Sequence record: MK373774.1
DNA from: Escherichia phage vB_EcoM_WFL6982
Strand: one strand, 5' to 3'
Length of the DNA stretch: 64,000 nucleotides
Each line of letters opens with the position of its first letter. The first letter of the stretch is position 1. Below, piece by piece: positions 36,631 through 45,268 of the stretch. Under the pieces are notes generated by a model. That model made no database searches. It had not been told where the DNA came from and worked only from the letters and a program-made list of their open reading frames with translations. A program made the position numbers and the translations under genes.

Positions 36631-38319
36631 TTATGAAACAGTCATTACTGTAAATCGTCCAACTTTGCTCATCTGAAGATGTTGTCCATAAGCTTGTGGG
36701 TCATGGTCTCTGTGACTAATTATAAACACGTTTGCATCGGTTAGAGAGTTAAGAATTGTTGAAATAGCTTTAATACCTTCAGAATCAGTCGCGGAATCCA
36801 TGACTTCGTCCATAATTAATGTATTGATTCTAACACCAGAGACCTTTTCAGCAATATCTCGCCATGTAAACAACAACGCGATATCGATACGTGCTTTTTC
36901 ACCTTGACTAAATGAAGCATAACTGAACTCTTCACGGCCACGTGATTTTATAGATTCATTGAATTCTTCGTCAATAGAAAACACGTAATCAGCTTCCATG
37001 ATTTTAAGATAATGGTTAATCTGCTTGTTGAACAGAGGCACATATTTTTTAATGATAGCACCTTTAATACCAGAATCTTTTAACATATCTGTGATAATAC
37101 CACGATGGTATTTTTCAAGAACGATATCTGATTTTGTTTTAATGATTTTATCAAGTTCTTTTTGAAGCAAAGCTATCTCATCGGCATGGTCGATAAATTC
37201 TGCTGAGGCTTGCTCTATTGCAGCTTTAACTTTCTTAGCTTTATCAATAGTGGCAATCATTGCTTGTTTCTTGGTACGAATATCAGATGCAAGGTCCTGC
37301 TTAGTCTTAACATTAGCTCTATATTCATCAACTAGGACACTCAGATTATCTCTGTGACAGGTAAGTTGCTCGAATGAGTGATTACATTCATGAAGCTTAT
37401 CGGTAATCTTAGAGACAATAGGGTCACCCTGGTGCAATTGTGATGCACAAGTAGGACATGTGCCACCGTCATGATACATCTTAATAACTTTGTTATATGA
37501 GTCGATTTTAGATTTAATCAAGAATGCTTCTTGTCCTATCTTGTTGAATGCCTCAGTAGGGTCTTCATCAAGAACGATATTAAGTAGTCGCTCATTAGCT
37601 TCTTCGATTTCTGCTTTTAATGAACGAGCTTCTTTGGCTAGGTCGTCATACATATTCTGTAGACGCGCTACATTATCACCAGATAATTTCTTTTGACGTT
37701 CGATATTCTCGTTATAAATCTTAATTTGTTGGATAATACCATCTTTCTTGGCATCAAGAACTTGTCCCTGAGAATTAAGTTCGCGAACTTGAGACTTATT
37801 GATTTTATCCATTTCAGCGAGTGTGCCGACTTCTAAAAGGTCTTCGACAAGTTTTCTACGAGCAGGGGTGCTAAGAGCCATGAAAGGGGTATACCCTGCC
37901 GTCCCAAGCACAACGATTTGTTTAAAAGACGCGTATGACATTCCGATGCTACGTTCAAATTCTTCTTGGAAGTCACGACTGCTGGCAGATTCATCGAGAC
38001 GAACACCGTCAACGGAGATTTCGAAAATATTGGGCTTTTGGCCACGTTTAATGAAGTATTTTTTATCATCGAATTCCATCCAAAGCTCAACTAAGAGCTC
38101 TTTCTTGTTCGTGCTATTAATGATTTGTCCTTTCTTAACATCACGAAATGGTTTACCGAAAAGTCCGAAAGTAATGGCTTCTAACATCGTAGATTTACCA
38201 CCGCCATTTTTACCTGTGATTAAGGTCTTTTGGACTTTATCTAATTGGATATCGATAAAATTTTGCCCAACAGACATTATATTTTTATAACGAACACGAT
38301 TTAATTTAAATGATTTCAT
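36631..38319 (-). CDS. 46: recombination endonuclease subunit (SbcC/Rad50-like ATPase)
   Basis: 562 aa; Walker A GKNGGGKST, coiled-coil middle with CxxC zinc hook (CPTC), signature SQGE and Walker B LIMDE. Confidence 0.92.
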   Translation of the reverse strand: MKSFKLNRVRYKNIMSVGQNFIDIQLDKVQKTLITGKNGGGKSTMLEAITFGLFGKPFRDVKKGQIINSTNKKELLVELWMEFDDKKYFIKRGQKPNIFEISVDGVRLDESASSRDFQEEFERSIGMSYASFKQIVVLGTAGYTPFMALSTPARRKLVEDLLEVGTLAEMDKINKSQVRELNSQGQVLDAKKDGIIQQIKIYNENIERQKKLSGDNVARLQNMYDDLAKEARSLKAEIEEANERLLNIVLDEDPTEAFNKIGQEAFLIKSKIDSYNKVIKMYHDGGTCPTCASQLHQGDPIVSKITDKLHECNHSFEQLTCHRDNLSVLVDEYRANVKTKQDLASDIRTKKQAMIATIDKAKKVKAAIEQASAEFIDHADEIALLQKELDKIIKTKSDIVLEKYHRGIITDMLKDSGIKGAIIKKYVPLFNKQINHYLKIMEADYVFSIDEEFNESIKSRGREEFSYASFSQGEKARIDIALLFTWRDIAEKVSGVRINTLIMDEVMDSATDSEGIKAISTILNSLTDANVFIISHRDHDPQAYGQHLQMSKVGRFTVMTVS

Positions 38320-38570
38320 ATGTATTCTCTTCGAATGAAGTCCTCTACATATTTTAACATGTCATCTCTATCAGCAAAATATTCATCTAGTTCTGCATAC
38401 ATAACAACACCTGGTGCATACTCGCAAGTAACATACATTGTTCCAAAGAAACGAGGAGTTGATTCCTCGTAATTCTCAGTCCATTCAACGATGCCAATAT
38501 AACCGTCACCAATACTAAATTCATGACGATGGATTTCATAATCAGTCTTCGTCATTATACGCATCCTCAA
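38316..38570 (-). CDS. hypothetical small acidic protein
   Basis: 84-aa ORF. Confidence 0.45.
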   Translation of the reverse strand: MRMRIMTKTDYEIHRHEFSIGDGYIGIVEWTENYEESTPRFFGTMYVTCEYAPGVVMYAELDEYFADRDDMLKYVEDFIRREYI

Positions 38571-38799
38571 TACACGCTTCAGCCATTTTAAGAATAGAGC
38601 CGGGAGTATCGTTGTCCATTATATTAAAGCTAAATTCAATAGCCCAGTCGGTGCAGACATGAACTGCTTTAACTTCATTGCCTTCAACGCGTAATGGCTC
38701 AATCCAATACTTGATGGTGTTCTCGAATCCATCATCATCTTTAACGTCTATTTCAACTTCAAGCCCGAGCCCAGCATTGTTAAATTCATCTAAAGTCAT
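38542..38799 (-). CDS. hypothetical small acidic protein
   Basis: 85-aa ORF. Confidence 0.45.
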   Translation of the reverse strand: MTLDEFNNAGLGLEVEIDVKDDDGFENTIKYWIEPLRVEGNEVKAVHVCTDWAIEFSFNIMDNDTPGSILKMAEACIEDAYNDED

Positions 38800-39815
38800 T
38801 GTGTTGCCTCAATATAAAGTTCGTTGGAATATTTGACCAGCGCTTCTCTGTCTTCGTCTGAGATATCTGGAATCGCGTCAATATATTCTTTAATGATATC
38901 TTGAAGTGATTTAATCTCGATTTCCTGGTCATCATCAGATTCAACACTGTTATCAACTTTAGAAACCATACGAAGAGAGTGAACTACTTTTTCAAGTTCA
39001 GATTCAAACTTAGTCAACTCTGAATCAATTTCTGATACTATAACACGTACGGCTAGATTAGTATAATCAGAATAATTGATTTTGCCTTTAAACGGATAAG
39101 TGATTCGTCGATGCCATGTTGTTTCATTTGGAATAAATTCCATACGTTCAACATCAGTGTCAAATACCCAGAATCCGCGCGGGTCGTTCTCATCGCCTGC
39201 AGTAAGGGTCCATGGTGTCCCAATATATTTGACGTTAGCAGCTTCAGAGATTGTGTGGAAGTGGCCGGACCAGACTTGTTTATAGGTCTTTAAGAAATCA
39301 GGTTCAAGCCCATGAGACTTCATTCCTTTATAGAAATAAAAGCCATTCAGTTCCCAGTGCCCAACACAATACGCTGCGGAAGAAGTCTTGATGTGCTCTA
39401 AGATTTCACCTGTATTTTCTTCACACATCCATGGAACGATATCAATCAGACATCCGTCAAAATCTACAGTAGTCGGATGCTCGTAAATAGTAAAGTTTTC
39501 AAATTGAGTTAACAATTCAGAAACAGTGTTAGGTGTTATTGTATTCTTAAACGCCATGTCATGGTTTCCTATCGTGACATGAACGTGAATGCCTGCCTTA
39601 GAAATCATATCAACGATTTCACGATTGAATTCCATTGTACGATGTGTTATTGCTTTACGGACGTCGAACCAATCACCGTATTGAATCCAAGTTTTAATCC
39701 CGTGTTTCTTAGAGTATTCAATTGCTTGTCGAATACCATCACGTTGAATATCTTGAACCCATGGGTCATCTTGTTTGACTCCGATATGGAAGTCGCCTAA
39801 GTGCAAAATTTTCAT
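38796..39815 (-). CDS. 47: recombination endonuclease subunit (SbcD/Mre11-like phosphoesterase)
   Basis: 339 aa; calcineurin-like motifs LHLGDFH, GDWFD, GNHD, GHxH. Confidence 0.92.
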   Translation of the reverse strand: MKILHLGDFHIGVKQDDPWVQDIQRDGIRQAIEYSKKHGIKTWIQYGDWFDVRKAITHRTMEFNREIVDMISKAGIHVHVTIGNHDMAFKNTITPNTVSELLTQFENFTIYEHPTTVDFDGCLIDIVPWMCEENTGEILEHIKTSSAAYCVGHWELNGFYFYKGMKSHGLEPDFLKTYKQVWSGHFHTISEAANVKYIGTPWTLTAGDENDPRGFWVFDTDVERMEFIPNETTWHRRITYPFKGKINYSDYTNLAVRVIVSEIDSELTKFESELEKVVHSLRMVSKVDNSVESDDDQEIEIKSLQDIIKEYIDAIPDISDEDREALVKYSNELYIEATQ

Positions 39816-39867
39816 ATTATTTCCTCATTAGTTAATTCATTCTATCATCCGTTTATAAAGCAAAAAA

Positions 39868-39885
39868 GGAACTCCGAAGAGTTCC
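39868..39885 (-). terminator. rho-independent-type terminator hairpin (UUCG loop plus U-run)
   Basis: GGAACTC-cgaa-GAGTTCC preceded on plus strand by AAAAAA (U-tract on the transcribed strand). Confidence 0.5.
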
Positions 39886-40058
39886 TATCCACATAGTACA
39901 CCGTACAGAGGCTCATTTGAACTTTTAAATCGAATGGGCTTGTATGTAATAGTTCCTTCGGCTTTAGCTTTATCATAAGACTCTTTAAAACGTCTCATTC
40001 TTTCTGCTTTGCCTTTACGGATTTTATCGAAATTTTCAGAAGTCGGGATGTTCGTCAT
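39885..40058 (-). CDS. hypothetical small basic protein
   Basis: 57-aa ORF with GAGGTG SD; not in ORF track. Confidence 0.3.
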   Translation of the reverse strand: MTNIPTSENFDKIRKGKAERMRRFKESYDKAKAEGTITYKPIRFKSSNEPLYGVLCG

Positions 40059-40097
40059 GCATAAGCACCTCTCAGAAAATGCCTAAATCGATTTCTC

Positions 40098-40319
40098 TCA
40101 TCGTTTCCACCATTTCTTAACTTGAAATGAATCAACCCACACGAGTTGTTTTGGGTCTGCCTTTACAATAGGCGGACAAATTTCTGTAATAGAACCGTCG
40201 TGATATTCCTTTTCAGAAATTTTAACACAAAGAGGACCACCCAATTTAACGGTGAACCCTGCGTTCAGCTTCAGACGTTTAAACTTTGTTTGAACTAGCG
40301 CCATTAATGATGTCCTCAA
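40098..40319 (-). CDS. hypothetical protein
   Basis: 73-aa ORF. Confidence 0.4.
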   Translation of the reverse strand: MRTSLMALVQTKFKRLKLNAGFTVKLGGPLCVKISEKEYHDGSITEICPPIVKADPKQLVWVDSFQVKKWWKR

Positions 40320-40602
40320 TAGCCTGACGAGTAGTAACCCACTGGATTTTAATTAACTTGTCATTATACGGTTGTCGTAGAATATCCCGAGATTTCTTAA
40401 TAGCATATTCGTAAGCTTCGAAGTTGTTTTGAATTGCTGCTTCTTGAGCATGTGCATAAAGACGGTTTAGTTCAAAACGATTCTTTTTAAGAATCTTTTC
40501 GGATTTTTTACGTGCTTCAGCTTCATTTTTCTTTTGGATTTCTTGTAGCATTTTAGCTACTGCATCTTCTGCTTCTTTATTTTCAATAATCTCGGTAGTC
40601 AT
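40279..40602 (-). CDS. hypothetical protein
   Basis: 107-aa ORF. Confidence 0.45.
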   Translation of the reverse strand: MTTEIIENKEAEDAVAKMLQEIQKKNEAEARKKSEKILKKNRFELNRLYAHAQEAAIQNNFEAYEYAIKKSRDILRQPYNDKLIKIQWVTTRQAIEDIINGASSNKV

Positions 40603-40603
40603 A

Positions 40604-40813
40604 TTATCTCATTAAATTAAAATAAAAACGTCCATCCTCTTCAATACAGAACTCATATTCAACTGGAGTCCCGTTTATCGAAAATGACATGTCATGTGGG
40701 TTCAAAGGGTCGATGTCAAAATTAATTTTAAATTCACGACCCAACAGTTTTACCAAATAAGGGATTGCTTCGTCAAAAGGTTCTTCTAAGTAGTTAGAGA
40801 TGTCAATTGTCAT
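40604..40813 (-). CDS. hypothetical protein
   Basis: about 69 aa from internal ATG just after gp55 stop. Confidence 0.4.
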   Translation of the reverse strand: MTIDISNYLEEPFDEAIPYLVKLLGREFKINFDIDPLNPHDMSFSINGTPVEYEFCIEEDGRFYFNLMR

Positions 40814-41360
40814 CCTCATATAAAAAATCCAAACTAGGCGAATCGCTAACAACTTCCTTCTTTTCAGCCCCAGGAGCTTTATAAGCGGATTCTTCATAAT
40901 GCGTCATTTTATCGTAGATGTCTTGAATAAATGTTTCATCTACCAACGCTACCATATCATCGTCATGACTGTCGTAGACATTATGAACGAAGTAACTATA
41001 TTTCTTTGCAACTTCCTTACGTTCTTTTTTGATACGTTGGACAAAAGCATTAAAACAAGCTCGAGTTATGTATGCATGTGGGTTATTGTACTTAGTTTCG
41101 TCGAAATTATGAAGTCCCTTAATAGAGGCTTCAATCCCATCTGCAATCATCTCCTGCTTCCAAGACTGGGTATATCCTGAAAAGTTGAAACGTTTGGACA
41201 GGCCTTCGGCGATAAGCATAATTGCTAAACCGATGGTATCATTCTGACGAATAATTTTGTTTGGGTCTTTATTATTTAAGAGCTCCTTTTTCCACTCGAT
41301 TATAGCGGCGAGAAGCTCTTTATTATTCACATAGTTATTTTTAGGTTTTTGTTCAGTCAT
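40803..41360 (-). CDS. 55: late-transcription sigma factor
   Basis: 185 aa from ATG 41360 (AAGAGG SD); [32 protein letters not shown] matches T4 gp55 as recalled. Confidence 0.92.
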   Translation of the reverse strand: MTEQKPKNNYVNNKELLAAIIEWKKELLNNKDPNKIIRQNDTIGLAIMLIAEGLSKRFNFSGYTQSWKQEMIADGIEASIKGLHNFDETKYNNPHAYITRACFNAFVQRIKKERKEVAKKYSYFVHNVYDSHDDDMVALVDETFIQDIYDKMTHYEESAYKAPGAEKKEVVSDSPSLDFLYEDDN

Positions 41361-41432
41361 AAGTACCTCTTGGCTCAATTCATAGGTCTATTATATCATA
41401 ATATTTAGAGACCTATCTTAAAGCACGAGATA

Positions 41433-41702
41433 CTATCGGAGCAAACAATAAGCCTGAAACACTTTTTCCATTAAACGTTTGAACTCATGGATATCGATAT
41501 AAAGCTCAGTAAGACCGGCATTATAAAGAAAATCTAAAAAGTTCTCATGTGTTTCGTTATAGTCGCCTTCGTTTAATTGAGATACATGAGTTTCCCAAAA
41601 ACCAACACCTTTAACGAATGGAAAATACGTGACTTTCATGTATTCGTCAACATAAAATTCGCCCAGCTTTTCTTCAGTTATACTGATTCGAGTTAATTTC
41701 AT
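41433..41702 (-). CDS. hypothetical protein
   Basis: 89-aa ORF. Confidence 0.45.
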   Translation of the reverse strand: MKLTRISITEEKLGEFYVDEYMKVTYFPFVKGVGFWETHVSQLNEGDYNETHENFLDFLYNAGLTELYIDIHEFKRLMEKVFQAYCLLR

Positions 41703-41926
41703 TCTAGTTCCTTTGCTGCTTCAAGAGCAGCATCCAGCGAATCAAATTGGTCAACGAAATCAATATTCAACGCATCGTCAACCGTAGCATATAACCACCA
41801 TTGTTTGAATTCGTATTCTAGAATAAATCCAGGACCTTCAATCTGAGGAAGACCTAGACTATTTGTACCAACTTCGTAACCAGCTAGACGCAGGTCATTA
41901 ATCAAAGTTTCTGTTAATACGCTCAT
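41699..41926 (-). CDS. hypothetical protein
   Basis: 75-aa ORF. Confidence 0.45.
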   Translation of the reverse strand: MSVLTETLINDLRLAGYEVGTNSLGLPQIEGPGFILEYEFKQWWLYATVDDALNIDFVDQFDSLDAALEAAKELE

Positions 41927-42285
41927 TTTACCGCCTTAACAATTTTAAGGTCAACGAATTTTTTCTTACGTTGATTTTTCATACGACGGATAGTCTTTTC
42001 AGAGATTTCATGTTTCTGATAAGCTTTAGATTCAACACCAAATGCAGCAACGTCAAATTCAGAAAGAATATATTGTACTAGAATTTCACGAATAGAATTA
42101 CGTCCAATTTTCTGGTCGTGTTTTTGCATGATTTCATAAAGACGGAATTCCCACGCATCAAGAACTTGAGGAGTAACAATATTGCCAGATTCCAGAAGAG
42201 CAACAACTTTATCGAAAGCGAAAGAATTAACTACGTTTTTGATTTTAGTAGACATATTATTTTCCTCGGTTATTTTATTATCCAA
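41923..42285 (-). CDS. hypothetical protein
   Basis: 120-aa ORF. Confidence 0.5.
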   Translation of the reverse strand: MDNKITEENNMSTKIKNVVNSFAFDKVVALLESGNIVTPQVLDAWEFRLYEIMQKHDQKIGRNSIREILVQYILSEFDVAAFGVESKAYQKHEISEKTIRRMKNQRKKKFVDLKIVKAVK

Positions 42286-42321
42286 CGAGAGAATTATACT
42301 CTGCTCTCAAGAGTTTGTATA

Positions 42322-42561
42322 CTATTTTTTAAGCATGAAAAGCAAGTAATTTGTATCGCGTGGAGTAATATCAACACCCATATCAAAGACGCCTTTATAG
42401 ATTGGGTATTTGTTTTCGGTTGTATCGAAGCTGAAACTATTTCCATCACATCTAACAGTAATAGCATCTGTTAAAATGTCATACTCAATCCTAACAATTG
42501 AATCCCCAATTTTAACGTCGAGGTGTTTTTTGAATTTGATAAAATCTAATTCTTGGGCCAT
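42322..42561 (-). CDS. hypothetical protein
   Basis: 79-aa ORF. Confidence 0.45.
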   Translation of the reverse strand: MAQELDFIKFKKHLDVKIGDSIVRIEYDILTDAITVRCDGNSFSFDTTENKYPIYKGVFDMGVDITPRDTNYLLFMLKK

Positions 42562-42624
42562 GATATTTTCCTCATTTTAAGACGATAGGAAGATAATAAC
42601 ATGTCTTCCTATCGTTGTACATTA

Positions 42625-42825
42625 TTAACCGAACTTTTTAGCGCCTTTCCAGCCTTCGTACATAACTGCACAAGTCAGTAGTACAGCGTGCTGGCATTCT
42701 TTGTATTTGTAAATCCAGAACCAGCGTAAGAAGTCTTCATCCTCAACGCCGTTGAGTTTCATATTGGCAAAGAATTCGGCACGTTCTTCACGAAGCTTTT
42801 GCGATAACATAGATTCAGGATTCAT
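42625..42825 (-). CDS. hypothetical protein
   Basis: 66-aa ORF. Confidence 0.4.
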   Translation of the reverse strand: MNPESMLSQKLREERAEFFANMKLNGVEDEDFLRWFWIYKYKECQHAVLLTCAVMYEGWKGAKKFG

Positions 42826-42956
42826 TTTGTGTTCCAGGCCCCATTTTCATCGATGAACTTAATCCAGTCATTTACAGACCATTTAGTTGTATCACCCTTT
42901 GGATTAACATTTAAAGTATATAATCCCTGCTTAAAAAGCATTCGTTTGATATTCAT
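42822..42956 (-). CDS. hypothetical small protein
   Basis: 44 aa from internal ATG with strong SD (GAGGAAATT); longer ORF-track version overlaps upstream gene. Confidence 0.35.
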   Translation of the reverse strand: MNIKRMLFKQGLYTLNVNPKGDTTKWSVNDWIKFIDENGAWNTK

Positions 42957-42963
42957 AATTTCC

Positions 42964-43284
42964 TCAACTGTAACGATAACATTCGTTAGCTTTACGTTTG
43001 GCTTCAGTATGAGAAGTATTATAATCATACTCTTCTTTACTGTAAACATCTTTTTTCAACTTACGAACTTCTTTGCGGAGTTGTCGATTCATTTCATTCT
43101 TGACTTCAGAATCAACGCCTTTCATACGTTTCCATTTATCTGAGCGGAAAATGTTTTCAACCATGTCTTTGTGGCTAACACCGTCAGGAGCTTTACGCTT
43201 ACCAAAATAGTCGTAATCGCGAACTTTCAAATCTTTACGACGATATGTTTTACCCATAAGTACCTCAGAGGTTGATTGATACAA
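42964..43284 (-). CDS. hypothetical basic protein
   Basis: 106-aa ORF (start may be the internal Met). Confidence 0.45.
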   Translation of the reverse strand: MYQSTSEVLMGKTYRRKDLKVRDYDYFGKRKAPDGVSHKDMVENIFRSDKWKRMKGVDSEVKNEMNRQLRKEVRKLKKDVYSKEEYDYNTSHTEAKRKANECYRYS

Positions 43285-43513
43285 CGCGTTTGATAAAATT
43301 CACTTCACTTACTGAAAGGTCTTTAAGACCGATTGATTCTAAACGCTGAGTAAGCGTCAACATCGGGATATAATCCCAATGAGTTTTATTTGCTTGATAA
43401 GTACGAACGCCATTAGCAATTTCAACATGCAAATCGGAAATGGTAACGAATACCAGACGCTCGTCATTAACTTTAAGGGTTAGAACAACTTTCTTTGAAT
43501 CTAAACTAATCAT
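43265..43513 (-). CDS. hypothetical protein
   Basis: 82-aa ORF. Confidence 0.45.
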   Translation of the reverse strand: MISLDSKKVVLTLKVNDERLVFVTISDLHVEIANGVRTYQANKTHWDYIPMLTLTQRLESIGLKDLSVSEVNFIKRVVSINL

Positions 43514-43692
43514 GGCTTAATTTCCTTCGCAATTGAACAGAAGATACCACGGTCACAAAGCATTTCACCAATTTCTGGATATTTGATTGAACGATACCAA
43601 ACATCCAGGCTTGAAACTCTGGTTATCTGTACGGCATTACCATTGACAGAATAGTACTGGTCAACCTTAATTTCTTTATCTTCAATTGTCAT
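43510..43692 (-). CDS. hypothetical small protein
   Basis: 60 aa from ATG 43692 with strong SD (AGAGGAAA); upstream part of ORF-track ORF is promoter/UTR. Confidence 0.4.
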   Translation of the reverse strand: MTIEDKEIKVDQYYSVNGNAVQITRVSSLDVWYRSIKYPEIGEMLCDRGIFCSIAKEIKP

Positions 43693-43841
43693 TTTGTTTT
43701 CCTCTATAGCAGATGGTTTAATCTTAACATATCTATCGAGGATGTAAACTGTTTTATGAAAATATTTTTTGATTTGAGAGGGGCACAAGGAGATAGTGAA
43801 GTGAAGATTCCAATGGATTATATTAGAAATGAGATAAAGAA

Positions 43842-43860
43842 GACCAGGCGGCACCTGGTC
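43842..43860 (-). terminator. rho-independent-type terminator after nrdH
   Basis: GACCAGG-cggca-CCTGGTC stem-loop followed on the transcribed strand by a U-rich run. Confidence 0.5.
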
Positions 43861-44182
43861 AATCTTCTATGATATCAGAGTCATATCCTAATGAAATCAA
43901 GGACTTTTTAAACTCTGCAATATTCTTTTGTTTCTTATCATTTAAAAATATGACAGGATAACGAATATTAAGTGAAGTGAATCCTGCACGTTTAGCAAGA
44001 GATACGATTAAAGGACGGTCATATTCAATCTTACCATTATTAGTGAGGACTTTATAAAATGTATAAGGAGCATTGAGCTCCTTTAAAAGTTTTGTAACAG
44101 TATAACATCCTGGACAACGTCCAACTTCTTCAGGGATGCCATAAATTTCAATCTTGTTCTTTAAGTTCGAGTTTTGTTCCAC
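43859..44182 (-). CDS. nrdH: glutaredoxin-like protein (NrdH-type redoxin)
   Basis: thioredoxin-fold CPGC active site; start uncertain (probable GTG at 44182; ORF-track N-terminus overlaps upstream gene). Confidence 0.55.
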   Translation of the reverse strand: MEQNSNLKNKIEIYGIPEEVGRCPGCYTVTKLLKELNAPYTFYKVLTNNGKIEYDRPLIVSLAKRAGFTSLNIRYPVIFLNDKKQKNIAEFKKSLISLGYDSDIIED

Positions 44183-44465
44183 GAGAAATAATTCCTTGGT
44201 AAGCCCAATAAGGAGGATTAACAGAATCCTCACCAGAGTTTTCTTCAGGAAAATAAACCTGGATAACGAAGCCGGATTCATCAAAGGTAAAATAAACCGT
44301 AGGCAGTTCACCTAACAAATCGGCACGAGCGTTGATTTCTTCGAGGTCTTGTTCACGTCCAGCCCAGAAGCTTGGGTTCAGACTACATTCATAGAAATAA
44401 TAGTCATTACCGAACATATCAAAACCATTCCAACTCTCTACTACATACCGCTCAAAACTAATCAT
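44148..44465 (-). CDS. hypothetical acidic protein
   Basis: 105-aa ORF. Confidence 0.5.
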   Translation of the reverse strand: MISFERYVVESWNGFDMFGNDYYFYECSLNPSFWAGREQDLEEINARADLLGELPTVYFTFDESGFVIQVYFPEENSGEDSVNPPYWAYQGIISRGTKLELKEQD

Positions 44466-44467
44466 AA

Positions 44468-44683
44468 TTAAGCCTTTTTATCAAGAACAGAATTCAGTTT
44501 ATTAGTAATTTTGTCCAAACGTTCATTGAATTCGCTGGAGGATAAACCCTTTTCTGGAGAAATTAAACTAATCACGAAAAATACACCAGTAAAAGGAATA
44601 AGAAAAATAGCTCCAACTGCCATAAACAAAAAGAACGTTACAGTTGTAAGAAAATCAGCTAAACCTTTACGAAATTTGTACAT
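44468..44683 (-). CDS. small membrane protein
   Basis: 71 aa with long hydrophobic stretch. Confidence 0.45.
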   Translation of the reverse strand: MYKFRKGLADFLTTVTFFLFMAVGAIFLIPFTGVFFVISLISPEKGLSSSEFNERLDKITNKLNSVLDKKA

Positions 44684-44797
44684 ATTTACCCTTAATTAAT
44701 TAACCAAGCATTGATAAGCACTAAACCATATTGCGAATAAAATTCTGGACCAAAATGAAAAATCATATCATTTATAGTATCCATAATGTAATTCAAT

Positions 44798-45268
44798 TTA
44801 ATCATGTTTCCACACCCCATCGGTATTTGACCAAAGTCGCTGATTATCTGATCCTCGCCACAGCTTTTTAGTCGGAAGATTTTTCTCATACTTCCCATCA
44901 ATAATAACATCAACATATTTAAGCATTTCTAGCTGTTTAATATCTTCAAACTTATATCCTGTCCACAACCAAATGCTTTTATTAGGATAAAGATTTTTTA
45001 CTGTTTGAACAATGCAATGAATAACATCTCGGTTATCAGGATAGAGAGGGTCACCTCCGGTTATAGTTAATCCTTCTATATAATCATTATTCAAACATTC
45101 AATTAATTGTTCTAGTGTCTCTCCAGTGAATGGAATACCATTTCTAGCATTCCATGTTGATTTATTATAACACCCTTCGCATTTATGCAAACAACCCGTA
45201 ACGAAAAGAACGACCCTGCAACCAGGGCCATTCACAAAATCGCAAGGATAAAATCTATCATAATTCAT
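44798..45268 (-). CDS. nrdG: anaerobic ribonucleotide reductase activating protein (radical SAM)
   Basis: 156 aa; Cys-rich N-terminal block (GCLHKCEGC); T4 NrdG size and position. Confidence 0.9.
   Translation of the reverse strand: MNYDRFYPCDFVNGPGCRVVLFVTGCLHKCEGCYNKSTWNARNGIPFTGETLEQLIECLNNDYIEGLTITGGDPLYPDNRDVIHCIVQTVKNLYPNKSIWLWTGYKFEDIKQLEMLKYVDVIIDGKYEKNLPTKKLWRGSDNQRLWSNTDGVWKHD

Noticed and set aside
37799-38290. 163-aa plus-strand ORF inside gene 46
   Set aside because: Antisense to the SbcC-like gene 46, which has clear Walker motifs
44692-44916. 74-aa minus-strand ORF overlapping the 3' end of nrdG
   Set aside because: Overlaps nrdG coding sequence by more than 100 nt in another frame; any real product would be 30 aa or less from an internal start, and the evidence is too weak
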